From positions 736,001 through 800,000 of the forward strand of contig OY771587.1 in assembly GCA_963674825.1 (NCBI GenBank): a DNA stretch of 64,000 bases, in the 5' to 3' direction. Shown one piece after another: positions 49,607 through 57,437 of the stretch. Position 1 is the stretch's first letter, and each line of letters starts with the position of its first letter. The notes under the pieces are model-generated. The model saw nothing but the letters and a program-made list of their open reading frames with translations, did not search any database and was not told where the DNA came from. Origin of the DNA: Candidatus Cloacimonadales bacterium (lineage in GTDB: Bacteria > Cloacimonadota > Cloacimonadia > Cloacimonadales > JAIOQZ01). The position numbers and the translations under genes are program-made.

Positions 49607-50568
49607 TATACCTGGCCGAGAGTTTTGATACGTTCCTTACGGGATACAAGGCTGACGATGCGAACGGCGTAATTTTCATCCGCGACCATCACCTCTCCGA
49701 TGGCGAATTTCTTTCCGTTCACAATCAGGTCAACGTAGTCACCAGCGGTTTTGTCCAGCTCGATAACCGAGCCCTGGCCAATCTCCAGTATCTCCTTTAT
49801 TTTCATCTCTTTTCGGCCAAGCTGAACCGTGATCGGCAGCACGATATCGTACAGAATATCAATGTTCACATTGCCCATTGGGCGATCTTCACGATCGTCA
49901 ACCTCGGCGAACTGCGCTCTGGATACGGCAGTAGGAGGCGCTTCGGGGCGTTCGGGCATTGCATTATATGATGATGCTCTCGATCCACCACCAGCTGATT
50001 TACTCGGAGCTGGAGCGCTTACAGCTGCTTCCTTGAAAAGGTTATCGATCGAAGTCTGCGCGAAATCGTCAAGAAATAGATCGAGGAAGAATTCCTTGTC
50101 GAGGATATCCATATGCATGCGCGACATGAGGTTGTCCTCGAGAAAGTCTTTCTGGATTTCCATATCGGTCAGCTCAACTTGCGTGACGGAGCCAGACAGC
50201 GATACATCCATACCGGATAGCTCGGAAGCAAGGCTTCCCAGCACCTGATTGAACATCTCCTGGATCGCGTCGTTGTGCTCTTCGGGGAAGTAGTCTACTT
50301 CTCCGTCACCCAGCATCATCAGGTCCGAAAGGATCGCTACAAGCTTTTTATCGAGCAGGAGCGATATCTGGAAATTCTGATCGCCGGAGAAATTTATGGT
50401 TAGCAACACACCGGGCAGTTCAAATTCCGATTCCACCTTCGCGAAATCGAATGCATCCGTTGTCAGCGGACTGATTTCCAGCGAATTGTTGGTGATGGTG
50501 GTAAGGACAGCTGCGGCGTTGGAGCTGAACAGGTTGATCAGTTGATTTACTTTTGTGGTATCACTCAT
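49606..50568 (-). CDS. fliN: Flagellar motor switch protein FliN/FliY (CheC-like N-terminus plus SpoA domain)
   Basis: DLMMLGDG, DAIQEMFNQ (D-x3-E-x2-N) and a C-terminal ITVQLGR..GSVIELDK..VNGKKFAIGEVMV. Confidence 0.88.
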   Translation of the reverse strand: MSDTTKVNQLINLFSSNAAAVLTTITNNSLEISPLTTDAFDFAKVESEFELPGVLLTINFSGDQNFQISLLLDKKLVAILSDLMMLGDGEVDYFPEEHNDAIQEMFNQVLGSLASELSGMDVSLSGSVTQVELTDMEIQKDFLEDNLMSRMHMDILDKEFFLDLFLDDFAQTSIDNLFKEAAVSAPAPSKSAGGGSRASSYNAMPERPEAPPTAVSRAQFAEVDDREDRPMGNVNIDILYDIVLPITVQLGRKEMKIKEILEIGQGSVIELDKTAGDYVDLIVNGKKFAIGEVMVADENYAVRIVSLVSRKERIKTLGQV

Positions 50569-51562
50569 GGATTACCTCTCCTTCTGAATCGATAAAGTTC
50601 CTGACCTGGAAAACATATCTGTTTCTACGTGTCTTGATTTCACCTGAAAACTTTGGATGCTGCGAGACTTTCGCAACGATCGGCGTCGTGATACGCTGAT
50701 CCAGCGAGATGATATTTCCCGGTTCCAGGTCCAGGAAATCCTCGACTGTAATTTCGGTCGAACCAAGATCGATATCCATTATCACATTGGTCTGTTCAAT
50801 GGTTCGTTTGAGCGATTCGTAGTCTTCTTCCGTCGTCTTCTTCTTCAGGAGCGCCATGTAGTTCTGGCTGAGCAGCTTCTTCAATAGCGGTTCCATCATG
50901 AAGTACGGGAAACAAAGCAATATGGTGAATTCGAAGTTTCTGACCGTCACCGGGAAATTGAGGACGATCATGGTTTCGCTCGAGGGCGCGATCGTCACAA
51001 GCTGTGGGTTGGTTTCGAATGTATCGATCTTCGGTTGCAGTTCATCAATCTGCTGCCAGGCTTCGCGGAAGTTATCCAGTATCTTTTCGGCAATATTGCG
51101 CATAACGCTGCGCTCGATTTCGGTGAGATCCTGGATGTCGGTACGTCTCGCGATTTGCATACCTGTTCCGCCAAAGAGGCGATCGATGATAAAGAAGGTC
51201 AGCTCCGGATCGATGTCCAGCAGAGCCTGTCCATCGAGCTTGTCGATGCTGAAGATGTACATGTTCGTGTAATCAGACGCGGACATGGTAAATTCGAGAT
51301 AGGTAACCTGGTCGATCACGGGGCTTTTAACATCAACCATGGTTCGAAGGGTGCTGGAGAGATACGGAGCAAGCAACCTGGCGAATATCTCGTGGATATT
51401 GCGCAGCGTCTTTATCTGGTCTTTCGATACGCGTTCCGGCCTTCGGAAGTCATAAAGACGCAGGTCTTTCTGCTTGTCCGGTTGACCAGCAACGCTCTTG
51501 TCCTCGCCAGTTTCCTGGGACAACAATGCATCGATTTCTTCTTGGGTGAGTAGCTTGCTCAT
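50561..51562 (-). CDS. fliM: Flagellar motor switch protein FliM
   Basis: LTQEEIDALL, YDFRRP, IDRLFGG and ETNPQ motifs. Confidence 0.96.
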   Translation of the reverse strand: MSKLLTQEEIDALLSQETGEDKSVAGQPDKQKDLRLYDFRRPERVSKDQIKTLRNIHEIFARLLAPYLSSTLRTMVDVKSPVIDQVTYLEFTMSASDYTNMYIFSIDKLDGQALLDIDPELTFFIIDRLFGGTGMQIARRTDIQDLTEIERSVMRNIAEKILDNFREAWQQIDELQPKIDTFETNPQLVTIAPSSETMIVLNFPVTVRNFEFTILLCFPYFMMEPLLKKLLSQNYMALLKKKTTEEDYESLKRTIEQTNVIMDIDLGSTEITVEDFLDLEPGNIISLDQRITTPIVAKVSQHPKFSGEIKTRRNRYVFQVRNFIDSEGEVIHE

Positions 51563-51571
51563 AATTTTCTC

Positions 51572-52063
51572 TTATGGGATGATGAACTGCGGGAAGAACA
51601 CGCGATTGATCTGCATCTCGGTGTCCTTGAGGAGTCCATTCATCAATTGCTTGATCTGTTCCTTCAGTTGATCTCTATAGTCCGGTCGGCTGAGATCGTT
51701 GATACTTGTGGAAGAGAGCAGCATGTTGATCGAGTCTAAAATCTCCGGTTGGCGGTTATCGATTTCAGCTGGAAGCGCTTCAAAAGACATATCGTATTCG
51801 AAGGTTATACTAAGCTGCAAAATCCTGCCATTTCCATCACTCGGATTGACCACAATGTTGGCAAAATCCGGATCCTGCAAGATGACATATTGCACTTCTT
51901 TTTCCTTCTTCGCTTTCTTCTTCGACTGCTCTTCGTCGTCATCACCGCCGCTATTATTGATCTTCGGCAGCACGAACAGCCACACCAGCAGGAACGACAG
52001 CACCAGCTGAAAGAAAACGATCCCTATAATTACGATAAGGTTGACCTTCCCTCTTTCATTCAT
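51572..52063 (-). CDS. fliL: Flagellar basal body-associated protein FliL
   Basis: N-terminal TM helix, IVVNP, and C-terminal VFFPQFII; lies between motB and fliM. Confidence 0.85.
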   Translation of the reverse strand: MNERGKVNLIVIIGIVFFQLVLSFLLVWLFVLPKINNSGGDDDEEQSKKKAKKEKEVQYVILQDPDFANIVVNPSDGNGRILQLSITFEYDMSFEALPAEIDNRQPEILDSINMLLSSTSINDLSRPDYRDQLKEQIKQLMNGLLKDTEMQINRVFFPQFIIP

Positions 52064-52091
52064 CAGAGTTCTCCATCTATGTCTCTATTTT

Positions 52092-52835
52092 TTATTCCAG
52101 TGAATCGAAATCGAGTAACTTGCCAGATACTTCATCGCGGAGATTCACGTAAATCTCGACACGTCGGTTCTGGCTTCTTCCTTCAGGCGTGTCGTTGGAA
52201 GCTATAGGACGAAATTCACCGAATCCGATCGCCTGGAATCTCTCCGGGGCGATACCTTGATCGATGAATTGCCGCACAATCGCCAGCGCTCTCGCAGACG
52301 AAAGCTCCCAGTTCGATGGGAAGCGAGCCGTGTGAATCGGAATATTGTCCGTGTGGCCTTCCACGCGGATCTCGAAGGGCACCATCGACAGCACTTTCGC
52401 GATCTGAGCCATCAGCTCGTTCGCTCCGGTTTTTACAAGGTCGGATCCCGATTCGAACAGCATTGGATTGGCAATGCTGAAGTGGATACGATCTTTGGAG
52501 CGTTCGTACTTCACATCTTCATGTGTTCCAGTTCGCTCGGTGATCTCCTCCAACTGCTGCAGAATCTTTTCCATCTCGTAGTCGAAATCGTGACGTTTTA
52601 TCTCATAATACGGCATCTGAGGCTTGAAGATGAGCCGGCCGCCATCTGCGGTCAGTACACCGAGCGCACCCTGTAGCGAGTTCATCGCCTGCTTGAACTT
52701 GCTCTCCTGAATACTGGAGAACGAGATCAGAAGCACGAAGAACGTCACAAGGAGCGTCATCATATCGCCGTATGTCGTCATGTAGGCGGGTGCGCCTACC
52801 GGAGGACAATCGGGACATTTCTGCTTCTTTGCCAT
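52092..52835 (-). CDS. motB: Flagellar stator protein MotB
   Basis: YMTTYGDMMTLLVTFFVLL and an OmpA-like domain (EGHTD, NWELSSARA, NRRVEI). Confidence 0.95.
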   Translation of the reverse strand: MAKKQKCPDCPPVGAPAYMTTYGDMMTLLVTFFVLLISFSSIQESKFKQAMNSLQGALGVLTADGGRLIFKPQMPYYEIKRHDFDYEMEKILQQLEEITERTGTHEDVKYERSKDRIHFSIANPMLFESGSDLVKTGANELMAQIAKVLSMVPFEIRVEGHTDNIPIHTARFPSNWELSSARALAIVRQFIDQGIAPERFQAIGFGEFRPIASNDTPEGRSQNRRVEIYVNLRDEVSGKLLDFDSLE

Positions 52836-52859
52836 GATGCCGCCTTTCAGCCGGACGCG

Positions 52860-53624
52860 CTATTGCTGCGAGCCTTTACGCATGTTCGGGCTGATGAAGG
52901 TTTCGAGTTTATCGCGAAGAACGCGAGGGTTATCTCCCGACTGGATCGAGAGAATGCCTACCAGGATCAGATTTTTCATAAGGGCTTCTTCTTTGGACCG
53001 AATCTCCAGCTTCGCAGCCATTGGCAATGCAATCGCGTTTGCGACCAACGATCCGTAGAACGTCGTGATAAGCGCGATAGCCATACCGGCACCGATATTG
53101 GATGGATCGTCCAGGGCTTGAAGCATCTGGATCAAGCCGACCAGCGTTCCGATCATACCGAAAGCCGGTGCGTAGAATCCGAGTTGATCGAATATGGCCT
53201 TGCCGCTTTTATGCCGCTCGGTCATGTATTCGATTTCGGTTCCCATCACGTTCTCAATGACTTCCACTTCGTTGCCATCCACCGCAAGCTGAATCGATTT
53301 CTGCATGAACTCGTCGTCGATTCCTTTCAGCTCTCTTTCCAGTGCCAGGATTCCCTCACGACGCGCTTTTTCTCCCAGATCGATCAGAATATCGATCTTG
53401 GAGACAACGTCGAGCTTGGGTGCAAAGAAACAGTTTCTAACAACTTTGCCGATCCCAAGGAAATCTTTCAGGGGGAAAGAAGCCATTGTTGCAGCGATCG
53501 CACCGCCGATAACAATCAGCACCGATCCGATATCGATGAATGCCGCAATCTGCCCCGATAAAATGATCGGAACAAACACGAGCAGCATTGCGAGAGCAAG
53601 ACCCGCCAGGGTTGCGATATCCAT
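52860..53624 (-). CDS. motA: Flagellar stator protein MotA/PomA
   Basis: ARREGILALE, APAFGMIGTLVGLI and ALITTFYG motifs. Confidence 0.95.
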   Translation of the reverse strand: MDIATLAGLALAMLLVFVPIILSGQIAAFIDIGSVLIVIGGAIAATMASFPLKDFLGIGKVVRNCFFAPKLDVVSKIDILIDLGEKARREGILALERELKGIDDEFMQKSIQLAVDGNEVEVIENVMGTEIEYMTERHKSGKAIFDQLGFYAPAFGMIGTLVGLIQMLQALDDPSNIGAGMAIALITTFYGSLVANAIALPMAAKLEIRSKEEALMKNLILVGILSIQSGDNPRVLRDKLETFISPNMRKGSQQ

Positions 53625-53660
53625 ACGTAATCCTTATGTATAACGGTTGTTTCGGGACAG

Positions 53661-53867
53661 TTATTTCCGGGACAACTGCTCCCAGTTACGTAATGCTTTA
53701 CTCTTGTAATTCACGATCGCCTCGATCACCTCTTCCGCCGATTCCCTGACAATAAGCTTTTTACCGGTAGTCAGCGTGATAATGGTGTCCGGTGTCGTTT
53801 CGATGAATTCCATCAAGTCCGCATTGACGTAAAACTCTTTACCGTTGATCTTGGTAAGCTTGACCAT
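53661..53867 (-). CDS. flbD: Flagellar FlbD-family protein (SwrD-like)
   Basis: LTKING..VN.DL.EFIETTPDTIITLTTG motif. Confidence 0.92.
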   Translation of the reverse strand: MVKLTKINGKEFYVNADLMEFIETTPDTIITLTTGKKLIVRESAEEVIEAIVNYKSKALRNWEQLSRK

Positions 53868-53886
53868 TCAAACTCCTCGTTTCGAC

Positions 53887-53915
53887 AATTTACGGATTAA
53901 AGTGATTCCAGTCAA
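53887..53915 (-). promoter_or_regulatory. sigma70-type promoter for flbD-motAB-fliLMNOPQR
   Basis: Minus strand TTGACT-N17-TAAATT, about 20 nt upstream of the flbD ATG. Confidence 0.65.
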
Positions 53916-54150
53916 TATTTATGCGATTTTTCGGGCAAAATGCCTTTGAGCCTTTCGCGACACAATCGAAAAACCGTTGTTGCACTGGAATTTCGCTGAT
54001 AGCAACACTTTTCAATCGCATTTTCGTACTCTGTTGCATCTGCACGAAGAAACGTCCTGCAAGGTGCCGGCGAAATTATAGCCGATTCCGCACGCTCTGG
54101 GCATTTCAAAGAACTTCAGGCCCTCTCGAACCTCAAGCTTTCACTCTATG

Positions 54151-54184
54151 AAGAAAAGGCGCGGGGGCGCATTAAAGCCCCCGC
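54151..54184 (-). terminator. Intrinsic terminator after flgE
   Basis: Minus strand GCGGGGGC-N8-GCCCCCGC followed by GCCTTTTCTT. Confidence 0.75.
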
Positions 54185-54194
54185 TATTTAGCTA

Positions 54195-56237
54195 TTATTG
54201 ACGCTTCATGTTCTGGATGATGGTTGTCAGGATCGTGTCAGCCGTCGAGATCGTTTTGGCATTTGCCTGGATCGCGCGCTGCGCAACGATCATGTTGGTG
54301 AATTCCTTGGTCAGATCGACGTTAGACGCTTCCAGATAACCAGCCTGAATCGAGCTGCTGGCGTTGTCACCACCCCAGTTGATGATCGGATTACCGGTCG
54401 ATGAGTTCTCGGAATAAAGGCTGTTACCTTCCTTCTTGAGACCACCCTGGTTGGTAAAGGTCGCGATCGCGATCTGAGCAAGAGCCTTGCTCTGATCGTT
54501 GGTATAGTAGCCGGTGATGACGCCGTTGTCATCGATGCTGATCGTGGCAAGCTGACCCAGTGTATAGCCGTCCTGTTCGATCGCGATGGTCGTGCTGGCG
54601 GAAGCAAACTGAGTGATTCCGTCAAACGCGCCGGATGTACCGGCGTTGAACTGAATGTTCACTTCCTGTGCGCCGGGAACGTTGAATGTAAGTGCGTCGC
54701 CAGAATCGTACAGGAATTCCTTGAGTGAGCCATCTTCGTTGAAAGAAACGGTTCCGGAGGTACCGGCAGTCGGGTTGATCTCGCCGTTATCGACTGTCAC
54801 ATCCCATGTCCAGAAGTTGCTGCCAGGAGAGTTGTCCTGCGTGAAGTTGACCACCAGATTGTGTTCTGCACCCTGGCTGTCATACACGGTGATCTCAGTA
54901 GAGTGGGTACCGTTTGCGCCATCGACTACTTCCGACATGGAGGGCATCGAAACGCTGGTTGCGTTGGTTCCATTCACAGCACTAAACGCGAGATCCAGTC
55001 CACCACCGGTAAGGCTGGTGATCGTTGAAGTCACGTCAGCACCTGTTTCATTGTTGGTAAATACGAGGTTTCCGTTTGACAGGGTGGCTGTTACGCCAGT
55101 CATATTTCCGTTTATGAAGTTAAGCAGATCGCCGACTGTTGTGCCGTCGGTTCCATATTCGAAGCTCAAGGAAATGGTTGTGCCGTCTGTATCGATAGCA
55201 TTGAAGGCAAGTGTCGTACCTGAACCCACGGTTGAGCCGTCGATACTCGCCAGATCGGTTGAAGAAGTGGCGTTGTCAGCACCGGTGTTGATGGTCCAGC
55301 CAGTGGTCGAGGTATGAACCTGCGCGGTGGCTTCAACGGTGTCGGGCGGAATCAGCGCGAAGGAGAAGTCGTTAGGACCGGCTTCATTCGCCGTGAAGCG
55401 GATGTAACCGTTGTCGTCGATAATTACGGTTGCGCCATCACTGGAACCGGAATTAAAGGCCGTGTTGATCGATGTGACCAAGTCCTGAAGCGATGTTCCG
55501 GTTGTGCCATATGTGAAATCGACAGTTATTGCGTTACCATCACGGTCGGTACCGGTAATCTGGATCACATCGCCGTTCTGGATACTCACACCGTCGATGT
55601 CGGCAAGGTTGATCGCGCTAAGATTTCCGGAGCCGTTGATCGCAACGCCATCGATTTCCAGCGCTACGTCGGCAAGCCACTGTTCCGTGGTTGCAGCGTC
55701 GCGGTTGAGGTTGCAGTAGAGATCGACATTTTCGGTCGCGTGGGCTGGGTCTTTTCTACCGAAAGGCAGAACGATGTTTTCGAGTGATGTCGAGGAATTG
55801 ATACTTCCATCCTCATCCGCCATACGGCCCTGGACGAAGTATGATCCGCCCTGAGCGATGATCATGCCGTTGCTGTCAACCTGGAATGCACCCGCACGGG
55901 TGTAGTAGCGTGAGCTACCGTCGCCTACAATGAAGAATCCGTCGCCATTGATGGCGAGGTCGGTGCTGATTCCGGTCGATTCAAGCGTACCGGCTGCGAA
56001 GTTGGTGTCGATACTCGAGATACGGGTACCAAGCCCGATCTGAACGGGGTTGACGCCACCGAAGTTTCCTGAAGAACCGCGTGCGTCGGAAAGGGTCTGA
56101 GAAAATGTATCCGCAAAGGTGATGCGGCCGGACTTGAATCCGGTAGTGTTCACGTTGGCAATATTGTTGGCGATTACGTCCATGTAAGCCTGCTGGCTTG
56201 TTACTCCGGAGACTCCGGAAAACAGGGATCTTAACAT
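54195..56237 (-). CDS. flgE: Flagellar hook protein FlgE (long, 680 aa)
   Basis: MLRSLFSGVSG..IANNIANVNTTGFK, DLAINGDGFF, YTRAGAF and LEASNVDLTKEFTNMIVAQR. Confidence 0.95.
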   Translation of the reverse strand: MLRSLFSGVSGVTSQQAYMDVIANNIANVNTTGFKSGRITFADTFSQTLSDARGSSGNFGGVNPVQIGLGTRISSIDTNFAAGTLESTGISTDLAINGDGFFIVGDGSSRYYTRAGAFQVDSNGMIIAQGGSYFVQGRMADEDGSINSSTSLENIVLPFGRKDPAHATENVDLYCNLNRDAATTEQWLADVALEIDGVAINGSGNLSAINLADIDGVSIQNGDVIQITGTDRDGNAITVDFTYGTTGTSLQDLVTSINTAFNSGSSDGATVIIDDNGYIRFTANEAGPNDFSFALIPPDTVEATAQVHTSTTGWTINTGADNATSSTDLASIDGSTVGSGTTLAFNAIDTDGTTISLSFEYGTDGTTVGDLLNFINGNMTGVTATLSNGNLVFTNNETGADVTSTITSLTGGGLDLAFSAVNGTNATSVSMPSMSEVVDGANGTHSTEITVYDSQGAEHNLVVNFTQDNSPGSNFWTWDVTVDNGEINPTAGTSGTVSFNEDGSLKEFLYDSGDALTFNVPGAQEVNIQFNAGTSGAFDGITQFASASTTIAIEQDGYTLGQLATISIDDNGVITGYYTNDQSKALAQIAIATFTNQGGLKKEGNSLYSENSSTGNPIINWGGDNASSSIQAGYLEASNVDLTKEFTNMIVAQRAIQANAKTISTADTILTTIIQNMKRQ

Positions 56238-56322
56238 AACACTCTCCTTGTGTTTTGCATTCGTTCAGCGCGTCGGTCGTTCGGCGCTGACACAAGGGCT
56301 TCCTCTATGAGGTCCAGCCCGG
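56238..56322 (-). promoter_or_regulatory. Candidate structured cis-regulatory RNA in the flgE leader
   Basis: Two-domain pairing on the mRNA strand, with CCTTGTGT pairing to ACACAAGG over the flgE Shine-Dalgarno. Confidence 0.5.
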
Positions 56323-56709
56323 TTACAACAGCATTGCGCTGTCTATGTTGGTAAATACGTTCGAACTTGCATCGTCCACTGCGGTGATGACGGTCCTGTT
56401 AGGGACGCTGACCACGTATGAGACGTTGTCCATGACGATCAGTGATTCTTTTCCACCCTTCTGGGCGATCGTGTCCAACGCGCCTTCGAGACGCGCGATG
56501 TCTTCAGGTTCCAGATTGATGTTCCTCTCCTGAAGCCGTGTTTGTGCGTGAGCCGAGAATTGGAGGTTCTGCGATCTCAGCTTGTCCTGGAGTATTTGTT
56601 CGAAGTGCGATTGACGGCGTTTTTGTTCGAGCGTTTGATTCTGCCGTACGCTATCGGACTGTACTCCCTGAATGCGGGGATCAATCTGCTGTGTTACTCG
56701 CTGCAACAT
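56323..56709 (-). CDS. TIGR02530-family flagellar operon protein
   Basis: LQFSAHAQTRLQERNI, KGGKESL, VSVPNRTVITA and NVFTNIDSA motifs; lies between flgD and flgE. Confidence 0.88.
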   Translation of the reverse strand: MLQRVTQQIDPRIQGVQSDSVRQNQTLEQKRRQSHFEQILQDKLRSQNLQFSAHAQTRLQERNINLEPEDIARLEGALDTIAQKGGKESLIVMDNVSYVVSVPNRTVITAVDDASSNVFTNIDSAMLL

Positions 56710-56719
56710 GATCCACTCC

Positions 56720-57427
56720 TTAGTGGTTAGAAGCGACCTCGGTCGGATCGACGATTGTGCCATCATCCATCGAATCGAGTATCGAGATAACGTCTCCCAG
56801 GTTGACTTCCTGACCGTTTATCAGGAAATAGGGCGATCCACCGATGTAGGTGACTCCCTGAATCATTCCGACGGTATAGGTGTAAGCGGTTACTGCGTCG
56901 CCATCCGAATTGAGCGCATCCACCTTGAAGGTGTAATGTCCGGAATCGACTGTCTGTCCGCTGTCATCCCTTCCGTCCCAGGTAAATGAATGTTCTCCTG
57001 CCTGCTGATAACCGGCATCGATCGTGCGAACAAGGTCTCCCGATTCGTCATAGACGTTGATGGTTACATTGGCTGCACCATAGGTCTCGTACGATAAATC
57101 GGTATTCTCACCGCTGTAGGTTACGCCATTACCATAGGCTTTAGCGCCCTTTCCGATCAGCGAAGTCATGAAAGAGTTGTTCAACGATTGATCCAGAAGC
57201 AGGCTGTTTTCCAGCGTCTCCTGGATGTTGTTCAATGTTTCGAGCGAGCTGTACTGGGCAAGCTGCGCGGCCATGGCCGTGTTGTCCATCGGTTCGAGCG
57301 GGTCCTGATATTGCAACTGGGTGACCAGCAGTTCCAGGAAGTCGTCTTTGTCCATTGAACCATTCGATACTGTTGTGTTCGTGTAGCTATCTGCCACTGA
57401 ACCCGATATTCCGACGATATCACTCAT
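56720..57427 (-). CDS. flgD: Flagellar hook capping protein FlgD
   Basis: KDDFLELLVTQLQYQDPLEPMDN..AQLAQYSSLE and a FlgD-Ig domain. Confidence 0.96.
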   Translation of the reverse strand: MSDIVGISGSVADSYTNTTVSNGSMDKDDFLELLVTQLQYQDPLEPMDNTAMAAQLAQYSSLETLNNIQETLENSLLLDQSLNNSFMTSLIGKGAKAYGNGVTYSGENTDLSYETYGAANVTINVYDESGDLVRTIDAGYQQAGEHSFTWDGRDDSGQTVDSGHYTFKVDALNSDGDAVTAYTYTVGMIQGVTYIGGSPYFLINGQEVNLGDVISILDSMDDGTIVDPTEVASNH

Positions 57428-57437
57428 AGTTTCCTCC

